Shown: piece after piece, positions 51,043 through 63,416 of the stretch | How positions within the stretch are numbered: the stretch's first letter is position 1 | Layout: the number at the start of each line of letters is the position of its first letter | NCBI RefSeq assembly: GCF_000315625.1 | Contig: NW_005434670.1 | Coordinates: 492,054-556,053 of the forward strand | Reading direction: 5' to 3' | DNA length: 64,000 bases | Source: Guillardia theta CCMP2712 | Taxonomy: Eukaryota; Protista; Cryptophyta | Notes under the pieces: generated by a model | The model's database searches: none | Told to the model about the DNA's origin: nothing | What the model saw: the letters and a program-made list of their open reading frames with translations, nothing else | Made by a program: the position numbers and the translations under genes

Positions 51043-53865
51043 ATGTCAAACAACAAGGAGGGGGAGTCTAGCACCACCAGCAATTATTTCAAACAGATCA
51101 GACGGGTCAAGCTGTACGTCCTCGGAGGAGATGGGCAGTGGGATGACCGGGGGACTGGCTATGTCTCCTACCAGTTCGTCCAAGGGAACGGGGCTGTTGA
51201 GGGGCTGCGGGTCACCTCGGAGGCAGACGACAGCAAGGATCTTTTGATGACCAAGATCTTCGAGGAGGATGTGTTTCAACGACAGGGTGATACCATTGTG
51301 ACGTGGACGAACCCCGAGACGAGGGAGGATGTGGCATTGAGCTTCCAAGAGGCCGATGGAGCCAAGGAGATCTGGAATATTATTTGTCAGGTGCAGAGCA
51401 GGTTGCGGAAGAATTCCAGCGAAGAGTGCGACACGGAGAATAACTCGGGCAACAACAGCAGCGGAGTGTTGCACAACTCAGACGACTTCTATGAGATGAG
51501 CCTCCCGCAACCCGAGATGGAGAACCTGGAGAAGCTGCAAGAGATCGTCTCGAGCGCAACCAGTGTGACTCGTGACCGCATAGTGGACGGGGTGATGCAG
51601 GATGGGTACCTAGCCAAGATCTATCAGATCTTCAGGACTTGTGAGGACCTTGAGATGGAGCAGTCTTTGCACACGTTGTTCAAGATCTTTAAGGGTCTCA
51701 TAATGCTGAACGAGCCCTCTCTCATAGAGCTGTGCCTCTCCGACCAGAACGTGCTCGACACGATGGGGATTCTGGAGTACGACCCGGAGTATTCCAATCA
51801 CACGGTCAAGCACCGCGAGTACCTCAAGAATCCCAACCTGTTCAAAGAGGCTGTTCCCATCAAGAGTCCAGCCATCCTCTTTAAGATTCATCTCAATTTC
51901 CGGCTCACATACCTGAAGGATGTGGTGATGGCAAGGTATATAGACGATGTGTCTTTCAGCACTATACGAGAATTGATCTTGCTCAACAATGTCGAAATCA
52001 TCGCTCAGATTCAATCCGATTCCGCGATGCTGGAGGAGCTCTTCGAGCTCTGCCGCTCGCCTTCAACCCCCAAGGCAGAAGCCAAGAACGGAATGAACTT
52101 GTCGGAGAAGAAGAGGAATGGCTTCCTGTTCTTGCGTGAACTGCTGGAAATCGCCAAGCCCCTCCAGCTTCCACCTCAGATGGCGTTCTTCAGGTCAATA
52201 TCTTCACACGGCTTGTTCTCGATTCTCCAGAATGGTGTCAACTCGGAAGACAATACGATCGTGTCGGCAAGTACAGATATCATGCTCTGCACTCTCAACC
52301 ACGACCCTCAGCTGCTCCGCTCGTACATCAACAGCGAGGAAGGGGACAACCTGCTGAAGAATCTCATCCAAGGCCTTCTCTTCTTCCAGGACGTTGGGCT
52401 CAAAGCGCAGATCACTGAGATCCTGCGGTGCTTGTTCGACTCGACAACCTTTGGGTGCCCGGTCGAGAGAGACGGGCTCCTGGAGACGTTCTACCTCCAC
52501 CACATGGACACTCTGATGTCTCCCTTCACGTCGGAAGACTCTTTCACTGAGGATGGCGAGCTGGTCCAGAACTCGGCGAGCTCGGGCAAGGACGAGACGA
52601 AATCGAACGAGCGGTCAGTGAACCTCAAAGGGTCTATCTCGAAACGGGAGAGGAAGGAATGCTGGGACTGTGCGAGGAAGCATGTGGTGGAGCTGCTCTC
52701 CTTCTGCATCGAGCATCACGAACCGCGAGTCATGTTGTACATGAAGAGACACGACGTTCTCCACAAGGTCCTCAAACTGTTCCGCCAACCAAACAAGCAC
52801 CTGGTGCTTGCTGCTTTGAAGTTCCTACGGCAGTGCGTCGGTGCCAACAACTCGTTTTACAACAGAAGCATCGTCAAGAACGATCTGTTCTCAGGGGTTG
52901 TACATCTGCTGAAGCAGCATTTGTATCGCAACAATCTTGTCAACTCAGCGATCATTGAGCTGTTTGATCACATCAGAGTGAAAAACATGAAAATTCTGAT
53001 CAAGTACATTGTGGAGAAGTACCGGCAAGTGTTCGAGCACATAGATTACGTCGAGACATTCAAGTTGATAATCATCAAGTACGATCAGAACCAAGAGTTT
53101 GAGAAGGACAAGGCGAATGGGCTGGTGGGATCTGAAGATGGGCATTCTTCATGGTAAGCATTTCAGTTGTTTTCTCCCTGTAGGTTGATCATGGTGACGC
53201 CAATGCCAACAGGAGTGGAAAGGGCAGGGAGAGCTCAAACCCTAGTGGTCGGAGCCGGGGAGGCTTTGGGAGCTTCCGGTAGACCGTCCTCTTGCAGCTC
53301 GGTGGGTCTGAACCTGTTGCTCAGGTCCCGACTAGACGACGACGACGACGAGAGCTACTTCGACGAGGATGACGACAACGATGGGCCTGTCGTGAGCAAG
53401 GAAGTGCTAGAGGAGATGTCAAAGTCAAGCACGAGCCTCAGTCAGGAGTCCTCTGGGTTGGCTGCTGTGTTGAACACGTACGAGGACGTTGACAAGGTTG
53501 ACATGGAGGGGAGGGAAGAGGCAGGAGGGATGCGTGGGGATTTGGAGCGCGAGTCGGCGGCGAAGGAGGAGGAGGTTTCGATGTTGGTGTGTAGCTGATA
53601 GCTGTTGCAGGAGGACGTAGAGATCAATGGTGCAAAGAAGGATGCTTCCAAAGGTAATCATCAGTTCCTGTCCAGACCCTTGTCACTTCGCTACAATTGT
53701 CCCCCATTCCCGGATCTGTCCGTCGATCCACACAGAGCGTTGTGACCTTGTTCCCACACTTCCCCTTCCTCTGTTTTGCATTTTGATCACTGGTCTGACT
53801 TGCACGTTTCAGAAGATAATCACGATGACGAACCCGAGGCGAAGAAGGCTCGAATCTCCTCTTGA
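51043..53865 (+). CDS. PPP4R3: Protein phosphatase 4 regulatory subunit 3 (SMEK/Psy2)
   Basis: EVH1-like RRVKLYVL..QWDDRGTG, QRQGDTIVTW, ALSFQEADG, GILEYDPE, KIHLNFRLTYLKDVV, NLVNSAIIELF. The spliced C-terminus ends in the NLS-like PEAKKARISS*. Confidence 0.96.
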
Positions 53866-54047
53866 AGGGCAGGAGGGTTTTCAGTGTTAACAGTCGCTCA
53901 TGAAATCGCCGAGATGTACGATGATTCAACTGTCTTTGTAAATTGAATAGATTCAAGCTAAAGTTGCCTCTTCTTGCTGTCGGACGTCTCAACAGTTCAG
54001 ACGATTTATCACGTTTTCGTACAAGCACAAGCGCCGTACCATCCTCC

Positions 54048-56194
54048 TCAACTTGTCTCTGAGACGAACTGCGCGTACTCCGAGTCAATCCCTGGTTGAC
54101 CTCTGCCTCCTTCTTGCCCGCCGGCCGGCGCTTGACCCCAGCCCTGCTCACCACCCGGTGCAGGAGGATAGCCATACCCCTGCTGGTACTGGTCATACCC
54201 GGGCATGGGTTGACCATAGTACTGCTGGTAGGGGTCCCCAGCTGGGGGAGGGTATCCAGCTGGAGGCGGAGCACCCCAAGGAGGCATGCCACCTGCAGCA
54301 AGTCAGCTCCATGAACGTGCAGGTCACGTGACGGCAACCTGGAGGAGGAGCCCCCCATGGCGGAGCGGCAGCTGGAGGGGGAGTCAAAGAAGCAACAAGC
54401 CGACAAGATCTCTCTCACCTCCCCATGGCGGCGCACCATAAGGCGCAGGAGCACCCGGCGGGGGCCCATAGCCTCCACCGCCACGACCAGCCCAAGGAGG
54501 TGCTCCAGGAGCACCACCGCCGCTGAAGCCGAGCGGAGCATTGGCGGGAGCTCCTTTCAGTCTCACTTGCAGCGTCTTGCCGTCTACTTGCATGCCGTTC
54601 ATCGACTTGAAAGGTTTGTCAGTGCACCAACATGCGGACGGGGAAACACAAAAAGACCTGGATGGCAGCGTAAGCATCGCCTGGCTTCGTGAAGTGAACA
54701 AAGCCAAAGTTTCTGCTCAGACCAGTGTTCTTGTCCTTGAGCACATTGCAGTTCACGATTTCACCGAATTGTTTGAACAGGTTGCGGAGGTCAAGGTCGT
54801 CATAGCTTGGTGGCAATCCTCCAACATATACATTAGTGTCCGAGATATCTCCACGCCCAGCTCCAGCTCCAGCACCACCTCCACCGCCTCCTGGCGGACC
54901 GTATGGAGATTGTCCTGCCTGTCCAGGTCCACCACCGGGAAGACCGTATGGATTGTCGCTTCGAGGAGGTTTGGGTCCAGAGCCCTTCCCTCCAAGCTCG
55001 TCCATGAACTGTGAATACTCATTATCCATCTCGCCGCCCTGATTGTCTCCTTCTCCGTGAATTCGTGACCAATCTCGCTGCATCTGTTGCTCCTGCTGAT
55101 CAATGTTGAGCCTCCAAGGGGCATCCGCTGTTGCCCCACTACCCAGGCCTGTCTGTTGCGTCCTAGCAAGCTGTCTCATTTCGTCCCTGTCGAACGTAAG
55201 GGTCAGCCGAGACAAGTAGAGAATGGCACCACTCACTTGAAGTAGTCCTGGTCGTCTCTCAAAGTTCCATTAATCAATGCCAACTCTCTGAGCTGCATAC
55301 GCTTCCATTCATTCTCTGCATCTTCCTTGGGAGTCAACAGCTCTGTAATGATCTTGCTAGCAGCGTCGACCTACATCGAAGTCAGGGCTGACATGGAACT
55401 GTGCGGGTCTTGTCACCTGCTCCTGAGTATCTCCGGTGATCAAGACGTGCAAGTCTTCGTCCTCAGAGGGATCATTGCCCTTGAATCCTTTTCTGCCGTC
55501 CTTGACTGAGCCCTTTCCGCGAATAACGATCCTTGCTCCAGTTTCTCTTTCTAACTTCTTCTGAGTGTTTCCACGAGGACCCAGGATGAGGCCGATGAAT
55601 GGATAACCTGGGTACTCCTTAACAGGAATGTAGATCTTATTCGAAGCCTTGCTCATATTCGAGAACTTGAATTGTGTCATGTTGGGAGCATTGGGCTGTA
55701 ATTTCATGAGCTTCTCAACAAGCGCCAACCTCTCTTTCTGCAGCGATTCTCTGAGGCGCATATCCCTGGTGTTCATACGCTTTCCCGTCCTGTCATAAAC
55801 GGGCTCTGGCGAGGGAGATCTTCCTCCTTCGATCACAATCCAATCTCCTTTGTTAGCGTCATATCTTTCGGCCATTTGCGCCGTCTCCAAGCTGTCAAAC
55901 CACAAGTCAGCACCAGAACATCTCAGAGCACTGATGGCTTGTCTCATACTTAGGCATGGCAAGAAGCCTCTGAATCTCGTTCAATCTTTGCTGAACTTTG
56001 AGCTGGTCAGGATTCAATCCTGCCGCAGCTGACAACGCCGAAGACTGGAGAGAGATGGCAGGCGCTTCCTCCTTGGAACCCCACCTGCTCTTCTTCTTGG
56101 GAGCCCCCTCCTCCCCGGCATCGGACTTGCTCCCCCACCTGCTTTTCCTCCTCGGCTCTCCGCTCTCAGAGCCACCGTTCTGGCTTGACGACAT
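54048..56194 (-). CDS. SF1: Splicing factor 1 / branchpoint-binding protein with KH-QUA2 and RRM
   Basis: RRKSRW ULM (twice), [84 protein letters not shown]...NFGFVHF. Confidence 0.96.
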
Positions 56195-57066
56195 GTTCAG
56201 TTGTTCGACCTCTCCCTGGTTCGGTTTTGCACTGATCAAGTGCGTGTAGACGTTGGGCGGCGAGCAAACGGGTTCACTTCCTGCAACACAGGTCAAACGT
56301 GAGCAGCCCTGTGCGTTGTGAGGCGATCAGCATCGAACGTTCATATCACTAACTTCATGCATGGCCCTACTGTACTCATGCTTCAAGTCCCTCTCCTCTT
56401 GTAGCCCCTCATCTACCCAGCAAGTAACTTCCCCCCGCCTTGCGCCCGGTGGCCCCGGAGCGCGGGCCTTTCATTGCCAGCGTTAGCCGCGCACATGGAA
56501 CTCTGGAAACAAGTCGAAGACATGACGTTCATCTCAGACTTCGCTCTTCATCTCCCTCCTCTCCTCTCCCCTCCCTCTCCTCCCTCCCTATCTTGGCTTC
56601 CATAGCGGATTCGCGGCGCGCGGCAGCAGGGTCTACTACCACCCCACCCATCCATTTAGCAATCCATGGTCTAACCACTACCCCTATTTTTTCGACGAGA
56701 GCATGAAGGAGCATGTTACCTACCCCCCACCCATCCACGAAGTGTTTGAGCCTATATGACCCACCCAACGTTTTCTTCACCCTATCTTAAGCCTATTTTT
56801 GGATCTCAAAATACCCCCTTCTTTATAGTATATTTATGTGACTACCCCGTAGTAGATCAAATTTTCTTTCAGCACCTACCGGCTGAGAAATTGACCACCC
56901 CCCTACCCTTCTATTCCGCCTCCCGGATGTCCTCAATGCTTTTTGTACCCCACGCACAAATCTCAGGCTGAACCCCCACCCCGCCTTTCCCCAGAGGCAT
57001 GCGACTCAGGACCACTGCAAAGGCGCATAAGTACCCCTACATATTACTGATAACATGTTATATTAT

Positions 57067-57092
57067 GGGGTAGGGGTAGGTACCCCTACCCC
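57067..57092. repeat. Perfect inverted repeat, 12-bp arms with 2-nt spacer, in a type B island
   Basis: ggggtaggggta-gg-tacccctacccc. Confidence 0.9.
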
Positions 57093-57382
57093 ACCTCTCG
57101 TCATGATACGATTTCTGGAACTTTTGGAGTACGCAAGTTGGAAAGTTCTGAAACATCAAACTATCAGTCAACTCTGGTAGCAGATGATAATCACTTATTT
57201 TACTCAAATTGAACTTGGTACCTTCAAGTGTTATAAATGACTGAAATTGTGTACAAGTTTCAAAATAATCTATTCAAATGATGATCTCAGTCATAGGGGG
57301 TGAGGGTGGTGCAGTCCCGGGAAGAGCCAGGGCCGCCCTGACTCCCGGCCGGGAGGCTCGGCCCGGGCCGTGACACGCCGGT

Positions 57383-57417
57383 CTCAGTGCGGCCGGGCCC
57401 AGCCCGGCCGCACTGAG
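57383..57417. repeat. Perfect hairpin, 16-bp stem and 3-nt loop, in a type A island
   Basis: ctcagtgcggccgggc-cca-gcccggccgcactgag. Confidence 0.92.
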
Positions 57418-57749
57418 CCTGAGCGGCTCCGGGCCTGGCGTGCCGCTCAGCGAGTGGCACCGTACGGTCTGTCGGTCACTACCGTACGGTACGGTGAGCG
57501 GGGTCACTGAACTTGCACACGGTGCCCGCGATGCAGCCTTTTTCAACCGCTGCCTCCTTTTTCCTTGTTCTCTATCTCTGAGGCGGACTGTCTTCTGTTT
57601 GTCCCCTCCAGGTGAGTAAAACGTTTACAGTCGTCAGTTGACTCCTTGATGAAATATGGACATCATTGCGGCGGCGGCGGGAGATTCACATTGAAGGCCC
57701 GGGGAGGAGACTGACAGCGGCCCAGTAAGTGAGGCGTCATGGCAGGAGA

Positions 57750-57804
57750 GAGATAGCTAGATAGATAGATAGATAGCTAGAGAGACAGAGACAGAGACAG
57801 AGAC

Positions 57805-57884
<80 letters not shown>
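57750..57884. repeat. Compound microsatellite (GATA)n(GAGACA)n(GACA)n
   Basis: Directly visible. Confidence 0.92.
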
Positions 57885-57885
<1 letters not shown>

Positions 57886-60017
57886 GCAGGAACGGATACC
57901 TGCCGAAGACTGTTAGCGGTGACTGACGGACTCTGCCAGTCCTCACTTGAACTGAAGGAGTCAAACGTACGGTGAGTGCTCGAAGGTGAGTGGCGGGGGC
58001 TGCCGTTGTATAAGGCCGATGTGATGATCATTCTTCGATTGTCGACGGCCAACAGGGAAGAGCGTCTGTAAGGACTTGCTTACACGACCTCAGGATGAAG
58101 AAGTCGAGGGTTACTCCTTCCTCTCTTCGAAGCAGGACGATGACGAGCGATGCCATTCTTGTAAGCTTCCATGGGTACATTCTCCCTGGTGGACCCTGAG
58201 ACGTTGGACTCAACAGCTCAACCTCGACAACAAGCGTAAGGCTTCTGCAGCAGCCCGGTAACGAGCGGCTGGGCAGCCTTTACGGTTGAAAGCTTCTAAC
58301 AGTTTGAGCAGGAAAGCATTCAACGAACTGTGAGAACACGGGAGGATGCGGAGAGGGTGGTGAGACTGGGAGCAGAGACGCCTCCTCCAACCAGCACGAC
58401 GAGACTGCAGACGTCACGACGTCCTCCCTCGACTTCAGCTTCCATGGCCGCTCGCTCTCTGTCTCTGACTTCCGCGTGGAGGGGAGCAAGACGAAATCCC
58501 TTGCTCCTCCCTCGCAGTCAATTGCCCTGGGCCTTAGGTAGGAGATCTCAACGCAGCGCATGCGATGTAGTAGCGAGGAAGGAACTTTGTTTTGTGGGGG
58601 GGGGGAAGAGGGACGGAGGGAGTTTGCCGTGCTCTACGGCTCCTGTCAGCTGCTATTTGCGCAGCGGGAAGAGGGAGGGATGACGGGAATGCTGCAGGTC
58701 CCAATCAGTTTTCGACATGGGGAAGGAGGAGGAGGAGGAGTTGGTGGGCAGAGAGACGTTCGTGGAGGAGATGATGAACTCGAGCAAGAGGATCGAGAGC
58801 CATCTGGACAAGCTCCAGGTGCTCAACAAGGAGTTCTGCATCCGGCCCATGACAACCAAGAGTAACGACGGTGAGCGGTGGAGGAGTGGGTGCAGCAGAG
58901 CGAGAGAGTTGGATGAAGGGAGGAAGGAGGTGGGATGGATTGGGTACGAGAGGAGGAGGGCATGGAGGTAGGAGGGGAAGAAAGAGGGAGGGAGGGAGGG
59001 AGGGAGGGAGGGAGGGAAGGGAAGGGAAGGAAGCGGGGGTTGAAAGGAGTAGGCTGGGGATAACACCTTTCTTCTTCTTCTTGTTTCAGGCCAGAAAAAG
59101 AAGGGACGGTTCTCATCTCAGGTTTACCTCCCTCACTCACCACCTCCTCCTTCCCCATTCCTCCTCTTCTCCCCCTGTTCCTCCTTCTCTTCATCCCTCC
59201 CTCCCCTCTCCATTTTCGCCTCCCTTTGCTGTCCCTCACGCTAACCCCCTCGTCCTCCTCATCTTGTCATGTCAGGTGGACCCCTGGGTCTTTCAGCCGA
59301 AATGCCAGGCCTGTGTAAGAGAGGTCGCGTTCCTCCGCAAGCAGGTCCTGTACTACTGCTACTGCTGCTGTTGCTCCTCCCTTCCTCCTCCTCCTCCTCC
59401 TCCTCCTGTTCGTCATGCTGCTCGTTTCCGTCTCCTGGTCTTCCTCCTTTATGATCCCTTCATCCATATCCTTCCCTTTCCTCAGCTCTTGTGCTGGTTT
59501 TCGTTTCCTCTCCTTCCTGCCTTCCCTCTCCCTACCTCCCTGATGAATTCGCAGGGTGTGCTTGAGTCAGATATCCTGAAGAAGGACAGCAGGTGGATGG
59601 ATGCAGAATTCACTTCCCTTTCTCTTCCTCCATAATCTCCCTCCTCTCTCCCTCCTCTCTCCCTCCTCTCTCCCTCCTCCCTCCCTCCTCCCCTCCCTCC
59701 TCCCTCCCTCCCCCTCTACTTTGTCCCTTCTTCGAACACCCCGCTCCTCCGTCCCCCTCCTCCCTCCGCTCTCTGCGGTGTTCCACTTTCCTCTCGCCCC
59801 CCTGCCCCTTCTCCGCCTTCCTCGTCCTCGGCTCTGTGCTGCCTTCCATGGTCTGGGCTGACCCCCAGCAGGTGCAGGAAGTGCAACGCGACGCTGCTGG
59901 AGCTGTCGAATCAGTTCGTCAAGATGATGAGGGTGGAGAACTTTCGCTACCTCCATGCAGTGATGAGGGTGAGGAGCAAGGGAGGGGAAGGGGAGGGAGA
60001 GGACGACCAGGTCTGGA

Positions 60018-60051
<34 letters not shown>

Positions 60052-60052
60052 T

Positions 60053-60089
<37 letters not shown>

Positions 60090-62465
60090 GGGAGCAGGAG
60101 CAGGAGCATAGCTTTTGAGGAAGAGACTTGCATCCTGACATGGTGGATGATGCAGACGACTGAGAGTGAAGGAAGGCAAGAGGAAACGAAGACAGAAGGT
60201 TTGTCGTGTCCAGCAACCTGATCTCTGCTGTTTCTGACCCTTCTTGTCCGCCCCCTCTCCCCCTCTTCTCCTCTGTCATTCTACTTTCCCCCTCCCCTTA
60301 CTTTTTCTTCCCTTCCCTCTTCTTCTTTGTACAGCATCACAGTAAGCGGGCCTCATCTCTCTGCCTTTCCCCTTCCTTCCCTCTCCCTCCTCCTTCCTCC
60401 CACCTCCCATCTGCTCCACAATGCCCGTCTTGCCCCCTCCTCTTTCCTCATCTCGTACAGGCAAGTGGAGGAGGAGGCGTTTGCGGGAAGGGAGGAAGTC
60501 GATCCGCTCGAGCACACTAGGAAGTTCCTCCGGGTCTGCTCGCAGCCGCTGCTTCCTATCTCACCACTCGGCAGTCGGAGCTCAGCAGGATAGATGGAGA
60601 TGGAGCCCTTCATATCCCCTCCACCAGCAAGGTCCCTCCTCCTCTCCTCTTCTCCCCTTTCTCCCCTTCCTTCCTTCCTTCCTTCCGTCCTTGCCTCTCC
60701 CCCTCCTTCCCTCTCTCTCTCGCTCGCTTGCTCGCTCCCTCCCTCCCTCTCCTGCCGTACATCGTGATCTGCGTGCACTTCCAACCTTCTCATGACCCGT
60801 CGGCTCCTTCTCTCTCTCACCAGCTGCCCTCCGCACAGAGCGCTCCTTTTCTCCGCTCTTGCCTGGATGCCGTCGAGGACACGTTGAAACTGTACAGAAG
60901 TCAAGACGACGAGAAGACGCGGGTGAGGAAGATCTTGGAGGAAATTTTGAGCAGGACACCCTGGAAGGAGAGCGAGTGCTGCACCAGGGGCATCTGAAGA
61001 GAACAGGAGAGAGGAGAGAGGAGAGAGGAGAGAGGAGAGATGAGAGAGGAGAGAGGAGAGAGGAGAGAGGAGAGAGGAGAGAGGAGAGGAGAGAGGAGAG
61101 AGGAGAGAGGAGAGGAGAAGGGCAAGGAGAGCCGAAGGGAGGAGGAGGATGACGATGCTGCTGCAGGTAGCGCTGAGGAAGAGGTACCTCCTCTTCGAGA
61201 AGGCAATGCACCACTGGACCTATCGAGTCTCAGGTCATCCCTTTCCTACTTGACCTCTCGGCTCCCGCTGCTCCTGCTCCTGCTCCTGCTGCTGATGCTG
61301 CTGATGCTGCTGCTGCTGCTGCTGCTGCTCCTGCTGCTCCTGCTGCTGCTGCTGCTGCTTCTGCTGCTGATGCTGCTGATGCTGCTGCTGCTGCTGCCGC
61401 CAGCGCCGCCTTTGATACTCCCGCCTCTCTGCCATCCCTGAATGTCCCATCCTCATCCTTCCTTAGTTCCTCTTTCTTCTGTTCAGCCTTGATGCGCAGG
61501 AAAAGCTTTCCGCAAGTGGAAGTTGGAGACAGGAGACATCCTCGAGCGAGTGAAAATGTGAGATGGGGGGGACAAGAGGAGGTTGGGTGTAGAAATGGAA
61601 GGAGCATGAGCAGATGGATAGGAAAGAGGGAGAGGAGGACATGGAAGAAGAGGCTAGGAAGTAGAGGGAGCTCAAAGAGGAGGAAGAGGAGGAGGGAGGG
61701 AGGGAGGGAGGGAGGGAGGGAGGTAGGAAGAATGACGAGTAGTCCAGGAGCCAACAGAGGAGGAAGAGCACTCAGCTTCAGTTGCCTCCTGCGGTCAATC
61801 AGCTTGTGCAGGGAGTAAACAAACCGATCGCTGTCCCAAAGGAGGAGAGAGGTACGGTCCCCTGCTCCCTGCTCCCTGCTCCCTGCTCCCTGCTCCTCCC
61901 TCCCTCCTCTCTCTTCCGTCTCCCTCCCTCCTCCTCTGCTCCCCCCTCTCTTCACTTCCTCTCCTCCCTCCCTCTCTCCCTCTGCCTGCTCACTGTTTGC
62001 TCATCTTTCACCTCCTCCTCCATCCTGGATTTCTCCTTCCTTCCTGCTGGAGATGCTCCGACCTGACAGGCTGACAGAAAAGAAGCTTTTGGAGAAGATG
62101 CAGAGGAAGGTAAAACATCGCGAGACCACCACCACCACCTCCTCGTCCTCGTCCTCGTCCTCCTCGTCCTCGTCCTCGACTTCACTGTCATCTTCCTCAT
62201 CCTCGTCCTCTCCTCGTCCTCCTAGTCCTCTTACACCAGCACCAGCACCAGCACCTCCTCCTGCTTCTCCTCCTCGTCTTCCTCCTCCTCATGCTCGTCC
62301 TTGTCCTTGTCCTTGTCCTTGTCCTTGTCCTTGTCCTTGTCCTTGTCCTCACCATCCTGATCACTGAACGTAGACTGAGAAAGAGGAGAAGATTCGGCAG
62401 AGCCTTGAGGTGAGGCCCATACTACCCGTTGCCTTCGCCTCTCTTCCATATCCCTCCTTGTCCTT

Positions 62466-62521
<56 letters not shown>

Positions 62522-63376
62522 TTTCTTTTCTTAATCTTGTTCCTCCCGTTCTCTCCCTCCCCTCCTCCTCTTCCTCCTCTTTCTCACTTTCATTCTCAAC
62601 TTCTTTCAGGCGGCACGCCAACAGCGAGGAAAGCAGGTAGCTGAGAATTGAGGGAGGGGAGAGAGAAGGAGGAGGAGGAGGAGGAGGAGAAGCAGGGATA
62701 GGGGAGGAAGGGAAAAAGGGAAGGGAACGACTAAGGGGAGGATGAAGGATGGGAGGCAGGAGGAAGAGGATGAAGGGGGATGGGGGCGGGAGGAGGGGGA
62801 GGAGGATGAAGAGGAGGAGCAAGGAGCAAGGAGCGAGGAGAGGGAAGGGGAGGATTGGGGAAAGTTTCTCAGCAGCTCCTCCAGGCTCCCCAATATCTTT
62901 CAGACGTTCCTCACCCCAAGGAGAAACCTTCATCCAACAACGGCGTGTCCAAGAGCACGCTAGTGGTGCGGATGCCATCAGTCTTTCCTCCCCCTTAACT
63001 CCTACCTATCCTTCCCTCTCCTCCTCCTCCTCCTCCTCCTCCTCCTCCTCCTCCTCCTCCTCCTCCTCCTCCTCCTTGATCACTCTCTTCTTATTCATCC
63101 TTCCCTCCTCCCTCGTCGTTCTTCCCATCTCTCTCCCATCGCTCCTCTCCTCGATCTCTCCTGGTTGCACCTTCCTCCACCTCCCTGCGTCCTTCCACAC
63201 GCTCCTCCTCTCATATCCCCCTACACCATCATCGCTCTCTCCTGCTTCCGCTGACTCATGCGAGCAGAGAATCATCCGCAACAGTCAGATCCTGAGCCAA
63301 CTCGGCGACTCTGAGCTAGACAAGCTTGCGAAGTCTGTCAAGTTCATCAGGTCCACTCCTCCTTCTCGCCCCCAGT

Positions 63377-63416
<40 letters not shown>

